Source of the DNA: an uncultured Clostridia bacterium
GTDB taxonomy: Bacteria > Bacillota > Clostridia > TANB77 > CAG-465
Direction of reading: 5' to 3'
Assembly (NCBI GenBank): GCA_947626975.1
Contig: CANQUF010000005.1
Location: 234-64,233 of the forward strand
DNA length: 64,000 nt
Shown here piece by piece: positions 1-9,020 of the stretch. The position numbers and the translations under genes are program-made. The notes under the pieces were generated by a model. The model was not told the DNA's origin, did not search any database, and saw only the letters and a list, made by a program, of their open reading frames with translations. The stretch's first letter is position 1; each line of letters begins with the position of its first letter.

Positions 1-414
1 TATATCAATATGAAATGGAATCTTTAAATTTTCTATATTTCCAACTAATTTTACTCTATATCCGCCATATTCTGATTCTTCTTTTATTTTCTCTATTTTA
101 TCTAATTTCATTTGTGTATTATCATTCAGATCAATGTTAATAATATTGATAACTAACTTTTCTATTTCTTCTTGCTTAAAGTTTATTCCAATTATATCTG
201 CATCTATATCCATTGTACTTCTTAAATTAATACCTATAATAGATGATAGTAGTAATCCACCCTTTATGATTAATTTTTCTTTGTATTTTGAAACTGATAA
301 TCTTTCTAAAAATCTTTCAAACATGTAATTTTGTAAAACTTGTTGCACTGTCAAGTTGTTTCCTTTTGCAAAATTATTAGCTCTATCTTTTAGACTTTAG
401 ACATTTTTTATCAT
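1..414 (-). pseudogene. AbiEii/AbiGii-family nucleotidyltransferase toxin, 5' part (runs off the window), in-frame TAA at codon 6
   Basis: Minus-strand translation from ATG 414..412 gives MIKNV*SLKDRANNFAKGNNLTVQQVLQNYMFERFLERLSVSKYKEKLIIKGGLLLSSIIGINLRSTMDIDADIIG... with the hGG and DxD nucleotidyltransferase motifs. TAA lies at 397..399. The ATGA overlap with the AbiEi stop is typical of AbiE operons. An internal ATG at 324..322 could reinitiate translation. Confidence 0.6.
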
Positions 415-1004
415 ATAAGTACATCCATCACATTTCTTAATTTCTTTTCACATTTTAATTTTTTAGCATATTCTATAGCTAAGCTGGAATCTATCTTATT
501 CTTTATAAACATTTCTTTTATAAATTTGTTTGTCTGCTCTTTGTCTACACCTGTTTTTTTATTTTTTATTAAATCGCATAAAATTCTTTCTAGATTATAG
601 GATATTACTTCAAATCCACCTGGTGACTCTACTTTAATTGCTCCTAAATACAAATTCTCTTTATTTACGTAGTGAACTCTTGTATTTTTAGACATTCTGT
701 GTTTATTAAATCCTTTATAGGTTGTTACATCAATTAAATCTGGAGTTTTCTCTGTTTCTCCTAAAAAGTACATTGCCGTATTATATGAAAATACTATTTT
801 ATTACTTTTCTGCTGCAAAATATAAAACTCATCTTCTATAATATCATTTCTTATATAAATACCCCTTGAATGTTTTTCAATAATTTTATCATTAATAAGC
901 TTATTAATATAATAATTACTTATATTATTTTCTTTAAAAAAGCGATTGTTTATAATTCCATTACTATTTGCAACTTTCGCTTTTATTTCTTTATACTTTT
1001 CCAT
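411..1004 (-). CDS. AbiEi-family type IV toxin-antitoxin antitoxin / transcriptional regulator
   Basis: 197-aa ORF. Its size, N-terminal winged-helix-like segment (NGIINNRFFKENNISNYYINKLINDKIIEKHSRGIYI) and position immediately upstream of and overlapping an AbiEii homologue support the call. Confidence 0.65.
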   Translation of the reverse strand: MEKYKEIKAKVANSNGIINNRFFKENNISNYYINKLINDKIIEKHSRGIYIRNDIIEDEFYILQQKSNKIVFSYNTAMYFLGETEKTPDLIDVTTYKGFNKHRMSKNTRVHYVNKENLYLGAIKVESPGGFEVISYNLERILCDLIKNKKTGVDKEQTNKFIKEMFIKNKIDSSLAIEYAKKLKCEKKLRNVMDVLI

Positions 1005-1154
1005 ATTTATCCTCCATTTAACATTTGTGCTTACATTTTATCATATAGTAAGCACAAATATCAATATTTTTTATTTTATTTTTTATTATTATTTCCTATA
1101 TTTTTTTATTATTTAATTTTATAAAAAATAAATGAGAAATATAATAGAAATTTT

Positions 1155-1631
1155 TCATCTATAACATTTCTCAATATTATCAAATAATAATTTTATACAA
1201 TTTTTATAATCATCACTATTTAAATCTTCATAGCTTATTAAATTATTTTCTTTTTCCATATTAATACATTCTTCAATGCTTGCCCATATTGCCTCTTCTA
1301 CTTCTTTATCAGAATATTTTAATTCATTAATTCCTATATCTAATTTAAATAACCAAATATCATGGAAAATTTGATTTCTACAATACTGTTTAAATAATAT
1401 GCCTTTTATGTTACTTAAATCAATTCCTAGTTCTTCTTTAATCTCCCTAATGACTCCCTGTAATGAAGTTTCTCCAGCTACGCATACTCCTCCATTAATT
1501 TCCCATTTTCCAGGATCTTTCTTTTGGGTAGAAGCTCTTTTACTAATAAGAATTTTTTTATTTGAATTAATAATTATAGCTTTTACTGCAAAAGCATATT
1601 CTCCTTCTTCTAAAGAATCTCTATAACGCAT
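1155..1631 (-). CDS. NUDIX hydrolase
   Basis: Nudix box GGVCVAGETSLQGVIREIKEELGI (Gx5Ex7REUxEExGU) in a 158-aa ORF. Confidence 0.8.
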   Translation of the reverse strand: MRYRDSLEEGEYAFAVKAIIINSNKKILISKRASTQKKDPGKWEINGGVCVAGETSLQGVIREIKEELGIDLSNIKGILFKQYCRNQIFHDIWLFKLDIGINELKYSDKEVEEAIWASIEECINMEKENNLISYEDLNSDDYKNCIKLLFDNIEKCYR

Positions 1632-1705
1632 TTTTATTTTTCCTGTTTTTTATTTGTTTTTATTATAAATATCAACTAGTTCTAATTTCATTAAATCCTC
1701 TATTT

Positions 1706-2323
1706 TTATATACTACTATTATTTTTAATTTCTATTAATCTATTGTATAGAACCTTAACAGATTCTATTGCCATAGGATTATTTATGTACCTTTCATCAT
1801 CTCTTCTTTTACAAAAATCTTCAAACTCTTTAATTGCTATATCAATATTTTCTTTATTAACTTTATCATTGCATACTTTAATAGCAGTATTTATATAACC
1901 ACATATACTACAAGCTGTCATTGCTATAAAATAAGATAATTCAGGAAGAGTGGATGCTTTATATAATTTCATAGCAAAATCATCATCAATTTTTTTAGGA
2001 TTAGTAAGAATTATTTTATCAGCTATATATATTCCATTATCACTTACTGTCTTATAGATTTTTGTATCTTTTGGAATTTTAACTTCGCATAATGTATCTC
2101 CTCTAACTAGCCATCTGAAAATATACTCATAAGAAGAAATGCAAAATCCTCCCATTTTTGTTATATCAGTTGCATTTAAATCCACTTTATTATCAGCTAC
2201 AACAATTTTATTTAAAGGAAATCTTCTACCATCACTATATTCTTTAATTGTTTGAATAACTCTATAATATTTATCATTTTTATCTGCTTCACGTTCAAAA
2301 AAATTACCAATCATACCTACCAC
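1706..2323 (-). CDS. hypothetical protein (205 aa), function unknown
   Basis: Long open frame in AT-rich DNA, 6 nt downstream of the ComB-like gene on the same strand. No family assigned with confidence. Confidence 0.5.
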   Translation of the reverse strand: MVGMIGNFFEREADKNDKYYRVIQTIKEYSDGRRFPLNKIVVADNKVDLNATDITKMGGFCISSYEYIFRWLVRGDTLCEVKIPKDTKIYKTVSDNGIYIADKIILTNPKKIDDDFAMKLYKASTLPELSYFIAMTACSICGYINTAIKVCNDKVNKENIDIAIKEFEDFCKRRDDERYINNPMAIESVKVLYNRLIEIKNNSSI

Positions 2324-2329
2324 CTAAAT

Positions 2330-3019
2330 TTATTGTATTATTATTTTTCTCATATTTAAATAACCATCTGCATCTTTTTCTGCTTTTAATATAAAATTAT
2401 ATTTATCTACATCCGTGCATAAATAAAAATCTTCTTTAGGAAATATTTTTTGTAAGGTATTATCAAAAAACTTTGTTCCACTTGTATTTTTTAGATTTAA
2501 AATTCTATCATTAAATTCATCAATTGGTTTGTTTTCTAGCTTTGCTTTTATATATTCAGCACACAATTGATCTTCTTGAGAGGGCTCTTCTCCAGGTCTT
2601 GCCATACTTACTATTGATATATCATTATAATTGCTATTATTTATATATTTTACTATTGCAGATATATTTACTAAACTACCAGTAATAATTTCTTCAGCAT
2701 TTATGCTATTTACTATTCCTTGTGTACCACAACTTGTAGTGTGAACTACAACTTTATTTGTAAAATCTACTTTTTCGATTTGAGACGGTGAATTACCATA
2801 ATCAAATCCAGGTAATTTTACTCCATCTCTCTCTCCAATTAAAATATACTCATTATTTTCTTTCTTTAAATCATAAGCAATTTGTTTTTCTCCAATTACA
2901 ATTAGTTTTTTAACTCCATTATTTATTATAACTGGTTCAACAGTAAAAGCTCTAAAAACATCAATTATAATTGCAATTCCAATTGCCTCTTTTGGATTAT
3001 GTATTATTTTAATATTCAT
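2330..3019 (-). CDS. 2-phosphosulfolactate phosphatase (ComB-like) family protein
   Basis: 229 aa. N-terminal IIDVFRAFT motif, length and overall pattern are typical of the ComB phosphatase family. Confidence 0.65.
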   Translation of the reverse strand: MNIKIIHNPKEAIGIAIIIDVFRAFTVEPVIINNGVKKLIVIGEKQIAYDLKKENNEYILIGERDGVKLPGFDYGNSPSQIEKVDFTNKVVVHTTSCGTQGIVNSINAEEIITGSLVNISAIVKYINNSNYNDISIVSMARPGEEPSQEDQLCAEYIKAKLENKPIDEFNDRILNLKNTSGTKFFDNTLQKIFPKEDFYLCTDVDKYNFILKAEKDADGYLNMRKIIIQ

Positions 3020-3231
3020 AATTATTTATACTACTTTTAAAAATTCAATATATTGCTATTAGAACAAAAGTTACCTTCGTCACTCTCACATTTAAAATAT
3101 TTGAAATGTGATTTTTTTCATGTATATCTTACATATTATATAAAAAATAGTATTTTCAAAACTTTTAAAAGTACATTCCCTTTCTTTATCATTTCTTTAA
3201 ATTCTTCAATAGTTACATATTTGCAATCCAT

Positions 3232-3453
3232 TAGGTTGTAAAACATTACTTTTCTTCTAACATTACAGTTTCCTTCTTTTTTAACTATTTAATTTTCTTC
3301 AATAGTTGAGTTTTTAGCCAATTTCTTAGAATCATAAATATTTTTTAAATGAACATTGATATTGTCAATACCAGTATCAAATAATTCTGCCATACTTTTT
3401 TGTGTAAGCCAAATTGTTTCATCTTTTAATATAACATCAATGTGAGTTTTAAT
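3232..3453 (-). pseudogene. RhuM-family virulence protein fragment (N-terminal ~70 codons only, in-frame TAA)
   Basis: Minus-strand frame reads IKTHIDVILKDETIWLTQKSMAELFDTGIDNINVHLKNIYDSKKLAKNSTIEEN*IVKKEGNCNVRRKVMFYNL, matching the conserved RhuM N-terminus (..DETVWLTQ.QMAELF....NI..HLKNIY......NST...F..VQKEGNR.VKR.V.FYNL). TAA at 3289..3291 sits where homologues have Leu (TTA). Similarity ends after FYNL. The 5' end overlaps the last codons of the S8-like ORF in another frame. Confidence 0.55.
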
Positions 3454-4871
3454 TCAGATTCCATATCTCTTTCTTCTCTTGCTCTATCTTCCATAGCATT
3501 TTCTTTTTCCATAACTACTTCAACTTTCTTAGCTATTCGTACCACATCTGCTTTAGTTATTGTATGTAATCCTGTCTTTATTGTTTGAAAGTTTTCATCA
3601 CTTTTTTGATCATGAAACAATTTTATTTTTTTTAATTCTTCAAGTTGCTTAATTTGTTCAATTAAATTTTCTGGTGAAATAACCAATCTATCATAACCAT
3701 CACTAGCAATTTGCATTGATGTTTGGTTTGCAATTTTTGAAAATTGTTCAAAACTTAAATTAGGAGATATTTGTCTTGCTAAAGCAAATATACCAGCAAT
3801 TTGCGGAATAGTATAACTATTAGAACATGACCCCCAATATTTATAACCACCTGGTGCTGCAAAACTTCTTCCACCACAAGGAATTTCAATAGGCTTTTCT
3901 GCTCTTGATACGTTTTTTCTTTCTTTTTCTTCTTGAATTGTTTTCTGTTTTGAAATATGTCTTACTCCGCCTTCACCTTCATAAGATTTACAATCAAATA
4001 ACTCTCCAAAGTTTTCTAACCTTTCTAATATAATCGGTTTAACTTCTTCCTTAATATTTGAATCTAGTTTTATCTTTTCACTCAAAGATTTTCTATCTTC
4101 AACACAGTATTTTTCTAATAAAGATTGATATTCTTCCCACTTTGCTTTTGGTAAGCTTGCAGTTTCTGGCTCCATAAAAGCCTCTTCAAAATATTCTTTT
4201 CCATTTTCATCTATATTTCTAAAACAAAAAGTAAAATGTTTTACAAATGTTGGTTGATCTATTAAAGTTACACCAGCTTTTTCACATCTATCCAATACTC
4301 TTTTCCTTATTTCTTCGCTGTTAAATGAACTAGACATAGAAATAATTTTTACGCCACTTTCTATAATTTCATCAATTAATTCTTCTATAATATTATCCTT
4401 ATTTTTATTAGTTTTATCATATGGATAATAATCAACTTGGGCATCAGGTACAATCTGTGAAAGTGCAGATACAACTGTCAAGCCATGAGGTTCAACTTCT
4501 CCCATATTATTACTACTTTTCATATGAATATTACCGTTTAAAAAGATTTCATGCTTACTATCTATGTTTGTATCTATAACAGCAAGATTTAAACCTTGAC
4601 CAGTAATTCCTTTACTATGCAATCTACCAATATCTTGAGATGGTTTTTTTGCCATTTCAAGTAATTTTTTAGGATTAAACTTTTGTATTTGTTCTTTTGA
4701 AAATTTAGTATTTGAATCAAAACATAATTTTTTAAAAAATTCAGGACTTAAGTCTGATAAATCCCACTGACTTATATCTCTTCCACATAATCCTTCTCTT
4801 AATAAATAATTCGACACTTTTCCATCCAACATATCTTGTACATCACAATCTGTCAATCTTGTTATATACAT
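3426..4871 (-). CDS. subtilisin-like (S8) serine peptidase-like protein, no signal peptide, large internal insert
   Basis: 481 aa. Candidate triad: D100 in LAVIDTNID, H129 in EPHGLTVVSA, S352 in SNSYTIPQIAGIFAL (compare GTSMAxPHVAG). A charged insert of roughly 125 aa lies between the His and Ser regions. No N-terminal hydrophobic signal. Confidence 0.55.
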   Translation of the reverse strand: MYITRLTDCDVQDMLDGKVSNYLLREGLCGRDISQWDLSDLSPEFFKKLCFDSNTKFSKEQIQKFNPKKLLEMAKKPSQDIGRLHSKGITGQGLNLAVIDTNIDSKHEIFLNGNIHMKSSNNMGEVEPHGLTVVSALSQIVPDAQVDYYPYDKTNKNKDNIIEELIDEIIESGVKIISMSSSFNSEEIRKRVLDRCEKAGVTLIDQPTFVKHFTFCFRNIDENGKEYFEEAFMEPETASLPKAKWEEYQSLLEKYCVEDRKSLSEKIKLDSNIKEEVKPIILERLENFGELFDCKSYEGEGGVRHISKQKTIQEEKERKNVSRAEKPIEIPCGGRSFAAPGGYKYWGSCSNSYTIPQIAGIFALARQISPNLSFEQFSKIANQTSMQIASDGYDRLVISPENLIEQIKQLEELKKIKLFHDQKSDENFQTIKTGLHTITKADVVRIAKKVEVVMEKENAMEDRAREERDMESELKLTLMLY

Positions 4872-4875
4872 ATTA

Positions 4876-5352
4876 TTACCTCTTAAATAAATTTTTTATA
4901 TAATTTAAAAATCTTTTCAGAAAATTTTCCTTCTCATGTTTTATAGGAAGATTATTATTTTTCTCATTATTATTGTTTTCTATGTTATTTTCAAAACTTA
5001 TATTTTTGTCTTTCTCAAAAATAATATTATTATTAAATTTTGCTTTCTTTTCTTCTTCAATTTTATTTAAACAAATTCTATCATATTTCTGCCATATTTC
5101 TTCTTCTTCGCTAGGTGCTAAATATCTTTCATATATTTCTACCAATAAAGCCTCTGTTTCTACCATTAAATTTTGTTCAAATATTCCTTTTGATTTATCA
5201 AATGTAAATTTATAATTTTTATCCATATTATTTGATATATTACTTATAAAATTCTTTGGTATTTTTTCTTTTTGTTCTTTGGATAAAACTTTTAATATTT
5301 CATTTAATTCCACATAAGCTTTTTTATATTGAATATTTTTTTCATTAGTCAT
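4876..5352 (-). CDS. hypothetical protein (158 aa), upstream partner of the S8-like gene
   Basis: ORF ends 4 nt before the S8-like start on the same strand. It resembles the non-HTH C-terminal module seen in some clostridial XRE-type regulators (YVELNEILKVLSKEQKEKIP...ETEALLVEIYERY), recognised from memory only. Confidence 0.45.
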   Translation of the reverse strand: MTNEKNIQYKKAYVELNEILKVLSKEQKEKIPKNFISNISNNMDKNYKFTFDKSKGIFEQNLMVETEALLVEIYERYLAPSEEEEIWQKYDRICLNKIEEEKKAKFNNNIIFEKDKNISFENNIENNNNEKNNNLPIKHEKENFLKRFLNYIKNLFKR

Positions 5353-5507
5353 AAATTTCTCTCTTTCAATTTATTCTTATTATAACATTAAAGCCAAAAT
5401 TTTACTACATTTTGTTGCTATCATTTATATAAAATTTATTTATTTTTTAAAATCCACTCATAAACTTAATTTTTAGTAAGTTTTTATTTTTTCATATGGT
5501 TAATTTT

Positions 5508-5923
5508 TTATTTTCCCTTCTTTTTCCAAGTTTGAAAGTCTTTTACAAGTTTTTTATTTTCTTTATATTTTATATCTTCAATTTGATTTTTTATAGTGCT
5601 CATTGTTCCAATCCAAAATAATGGATCAGTATTTTTCATATCTTCGGTTAAATTACTTTTTGCTTTTAATTGTTCTATTAAATTACTTACATTTTTTTCA
5701 GCAATTTCTTGTATCTCTTTTAAAAGAGAATTTAATTTATTCTCAACAAATACATTGTATATTCAGCCTTTTTATGTTCTTTCAAATATTTTAGTCTTAA
5801 TCTTTCATATTTGTTCAATGTAATTTTTTGTTTTGATATTTTTAAATTAGGAATATAGTAATCTCTAACTAATGTATAACTTATTTCAGTTTTTTATCTG
5901 TAATTTTTTTCTTCATTTTTCAT
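5508..5923 (-). pseudogene. TnpV-family transposon protein, inactivated (in-frame TAA plus one frameshift)
   Basis: Minus strand: MKNEEKNYR*KTEISYTLVRDYYIPNLKISKQKITLNKYERLRLKYLKEHKKAEYTMYLL then, in another frame, ENKLNSLLKEIQEIAEKNVSNLIEQLKAKSNLTEDMKNTDPLFWIGTMSTIKNQIEDI... This follows the TnpV pattern (GDYxIPNL, RYLKEH, L..LA....VTE.LKA.DQM.WV..MN.I). TAA at 5894..5896. The frame change lies between 5735 and 5762. Confidence 0.6.
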
Positions 5924-6335
5924 AATTAAACCTACATAAAAATAAATATAATAATACTAATAGTAGATTAACTGTTATTATATCTAACAATTTTTCAAAT
6001 TTCTTGTAATTTTCTAAATAATTATAGTAGTGTATATTTGTCAATAACAATTAGTAAAAGTTACTAAAAATCAATTGTTTAGAGGCTTTCAAACAAAATT
6101 ATTTAACTTTTAAAATCAATAAATGTTAAAATACTTTAAAGACTCATGTAACAGTAGGTGGACATGTTAAGATTGGAGTGTTTGAAATACAAAACATAAT
6201 ATGAGAAGTTAAATAAAAACTAGAGCATTAACCCTAATATTTCACATCAAAAATATAACAAATATCAATTAACACTTCTTTATTAATATTTATTCTTTCA
6301 TCTAAGATATAAAAAAAGTTTACCTTTTTTTACTT

Positions 6336-7757
6336 CTACATATTTAACAACCAATATGGTACAAAATATAAATTTCCCTCTTTTTTTAAAACATCTTTTG
6401 TTATAATAATACCAAACTTTACATGATTAATGCCTTTATTTTGATGCTCCTCAATAAATTTATTTATTGCTTTTAAATCTGAATTTTCAATTTGATTTGT
6501 ATATTTAACTTCAATAGGAATAATATCTATATTTCTATCTATAATTATATCTATTTCTTCCTTATCAGTATTTCTATAATAAAACTGTTTGTAATTTTCC
6601 TTTTCACATAGTAATCTAAAATCAAAATCCACCATTGATTCGATAATATGACCAGCTAAATTGCTATCTATGTCTTTTTGTTTAAGTAAGCTATTTTGAA
6701 TTCCATTATCTAAAATGCTTAACTTCTTATTAGTACGAATCACTTTTGCAATATTATTTGAATAATTTTCTAATATATTAATTAAAAAGGCTTGTTTAAG
6801 ATAACCTAAATAGGTCATAATAGTTACTGTGTCAATTCCAAAAGTACTTGCTATTCCTGAATATGCAAAGGCTTGAGAATTATTTGCAGCAATGTAATAT
6901 AATAACTTTTCCAATATTTCTGGTGATTTTATATTATACATAGTTAAAATGTCTTTATATATTCCTCTAGTTATAATATCTTCTGATAGTTGTTTTTGCC
7001 AAACTTCAATATCTTTAACCTCAAAGTATTCAGGATATCCACCTACAATCATATATCTTTTAAGAATTTTCTGTATTACTAGTTTTAAATCTTGATTATA
7101 ATATATTTCTTCTAATTCTTTCATTACTTCATCTATACTATTTAAGTCAAACTTAGGTATTTGTATATCTTCAGTTTTAGAAATATATGTCATATAAAAA
7201 TTCATAAATTGATTAAATGTTAATGGCAATACATATACATTTTCTATTCTTCCTAGTAAAGATTCATTTGAATCTTTAAATAAATGCATTGATGATGAAC
7301 CTGTTATAATAAATTTAACATTATACTTTCTGTCAAAATATGTTTTTAAATAATTTTGCCAATTTTTTATAAAATGTATCTCATCAATAAATATATATAC
7401 TTTTGATTCTAACTTTGATATATTTTCTTCTAATATTTCATTAAAATATATATCTAATACATCTGATAATTTATCATTTTCATAGAAAAATAAACTCGGA
7501 TCATCTCCACTAAATAATAGTATTCTTTTGCTATCTACTTTTCTCTCTTCCAATAAATAATTGATTGTTTGGTATATTAAAGTAGATTTTCCAACTCTTC
7601 TAGGTCCAATAATACTTAAAATTCTTTTACTATTTATTTTCACTATAATATCTTCGAATTCTTTTCTTTTTCTTCCTAATAAAAATTGATTATTTATTTT
7701 TTGATTGCTCCACCAAGGATTTGTAATTGATAAATTTAATTTTATATCCATCTCCAT
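6336..7757 (-). CDS. AAA+ ATPase with DUF4143-type C-terminal domain
   Basis: 473 aa. Walker A GPRRVGKST, Walker B VYIFIDEIH. The length and C-terminal pattern match the widespread ATPase/DUF4143 family. Confidence 0.75.
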   Translation of the reverse strand: MEMDIKLNLSITNPWWSNQKINNQFLLGRKRKEFEDIIVKINSKRILSIIGPRRVGKSTLIYQTINYLLEERKVDSKRILLFSGDDPSLFFYENDKLSDVLDIYFNEILEENISKLESKVYIFIDEIHFIKNWQNYLKTYFDRKYNVKFIITGSSSMHLFKDSNESLLGRIENVYVLPLTFNQFMNFYMTYISKTEDIQIPKFDLNSIDEVMKELEEIYYNQDLKLVIQKILKRYMIVGGYPEYFEVKDIEVWQKQLSEDIITRGIYKDILTMYNIKSPEILEKLLYYIAANNSQAFAYSGIASTFGIDTVTIMTYLGYLKQAFLINILENYSNNIAKVIRTNKKLSILDNGIQNSLLKQKDIDSNLAGHIIESMVDFDFRLLCEKENYKQFYYRNTDKEEIDIIIDRNIDIIPIEVKYTNQIENSDLKAINKFIEEHQNKGINHVKFGIIITKDVLKKEGNLYFVPYWLLNM

Positions 7758-7807
7758 TTCCTCCTATTGTCATTATATGTATCTTTTTATTTATTATAAC
7801 ATTTTTG

Positions 7808-7854
7808 TTGAATAAATTCAATAAATTTTATATATTTTTGTTGAATTAATTCAA
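7808..7854. promoter_or_regulatory. two palindromic operator-like sites upstream of the DUF4143 ATPase gene
   Basis: TTGAATAAATTCAA (7808..7821) and the perfect palindrome TTGAATTAATTCAA (7841..7854) are each embedded in the direct repeat ATTTTTGTTGAAT[A/T]AATTCAATA. Centres are 33 bp apart, 50-100 bp upstream of the start at 7757. Confidence 0.4.
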
Positions 7855-7948
7855 TATTTTTAACTGTTATATTTATACTTGTACAACAACACTATTTCCT
7901 ACCTTAAAAACTGGAAAAGCTTAAAAAAATACTGTTAATAAAAAATAA

Positions 7949-7979
7949 AAGTCTAAATCTCATTTTAAAATTTAGGCTT
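7949..7979 (-). terminator. putative intrinsic terminator downstream of 8132..8935
   Basis: Arms AAGTCTAAAT / ATTTAGGCTT (one mismatch), followed on the minus strand by a U-run. Confidence 0.4.
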
Positions 7980-8131
7980 TTATTTATATAATTTATCTTC
8001 CTCTTTTGTAATATCTCATTATTATTTTCTAATGTCAAATTATCAGACTTTAAAATCTTTCTTTTCTAAATATTTACTACTAGAATTTTAAATAATTCTA
8101 GTACATTTATGAATATTAATTATATTCAAAA

Positions 8132-8935
8132 TTATTTTTCTAGATTTTCAATACTTTTATTTATCGCTTGTTCATTTCTATTATTTACATTATATACTAT
8201 TCCATTTATATCTTCTACTCTATCTGACATTGTTTTTACAAAAGCTTCTCTTTGATTATTTTTAAAATCTTTATTAGTTTTATATAATGATTCGGATTCA
8301 ATATTATAAATTTGATTTAAATTTTGTAAAATATTATTTAATACCTTAGGAGCTTTATTTTTACTAATTCTATTTTTAAAATATTGTAATCTTCCTACTA
8401 TATCCTTTCTTGATTTTAACCCCATCTTTTTAAAATCTTCTTTTTCTAAATATTTACCATTTACAAATTTTAAATTTTCTAATAATAATAAATTATTATA
8501 TTTTCCAACACTATATAATAAATCAAAACCCATCTTTTCTTTCATAAATATATCTCTTATTTTTATTAGATTTTTAAAATCATCTGATAAATTATCTTTG
8601 TTCTTTTCTTGTGTCATTGCATCAGATATTATATCCATTACTTTATTTTTATTTTTTTCATTTTCAAAGTAGACAGTAAAACTTGGAACTTTTCCAAATT
8701 CAGCTTGTGAAAATCTAAACGAGATATTTTTTATTCCTGAAAGTTTACTTATTATATTATATATTTTTCCCATTGTTTTGTCATTCATCTGTACTGTTAT
8801 ATATCCTTCACCTTTTCCATGTCCTGCACAAGAATACATTGAAGGTACATTATTATTTTTACAGCTTATTAATAAATTTTTTAAATGTTCATTTCCCTCA
8901 GACCAATTATCTATATCAAGTTCATTATAATTCAT
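8132..8935 (-). CDS. hypothetical protein (267 aa), downstream of the giant surface-protein gene
   Basis: Long ORF on the same strand, 85 nt after the giant gene stop. No signal peptide and no recognised family. Confidence 0.5.
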   Translation of the reverse strand: MNYNELDIDNWSEGNEHLKNLLISCKNNNVPSMYSCAGHGKGEGYITVQMNDKTMGKIYNIISKLSGIKNISFRFSQAEFGKVPSFTVYFENEKNKNKVMDIISDAMTQEKNKDNLSDDFKNLIKIRDIFMKEKMGFDLLYSVGKYNNLLLLENLKFVNGKYLEKEDFKKMGLKSRKDIVGRLQYFKNRISKNKAPKVLNNILQNLNQIYNIESESLYKTNKDFKNNQREAFVKTMSDRVEDINGIVYNVNNRNEQAINKSIENLEK

Positions 8936-9020
8936 ATCATTTCACCTATTTTTATATTTATTACAAGAGCATATATTTAATTTTATATATACTCTTGTAT
9001 TTTTGCTACTTCATTTAATA

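Noticed and set aside
3426-3453. Apparent fusion of the S8-like ORF with the RhuM fragment (first read as ...LMLY*KDETIWLTQ, implying another in-frame TAA).
   Set aside because: Re-indexing shows that the RhuM fragment is in a different frame (IKTHIDVILKDETIWLTQ). It simply overlaps the last 9 codons of the S8-like ORF, so there is no in-frame stop or fusion at this point.
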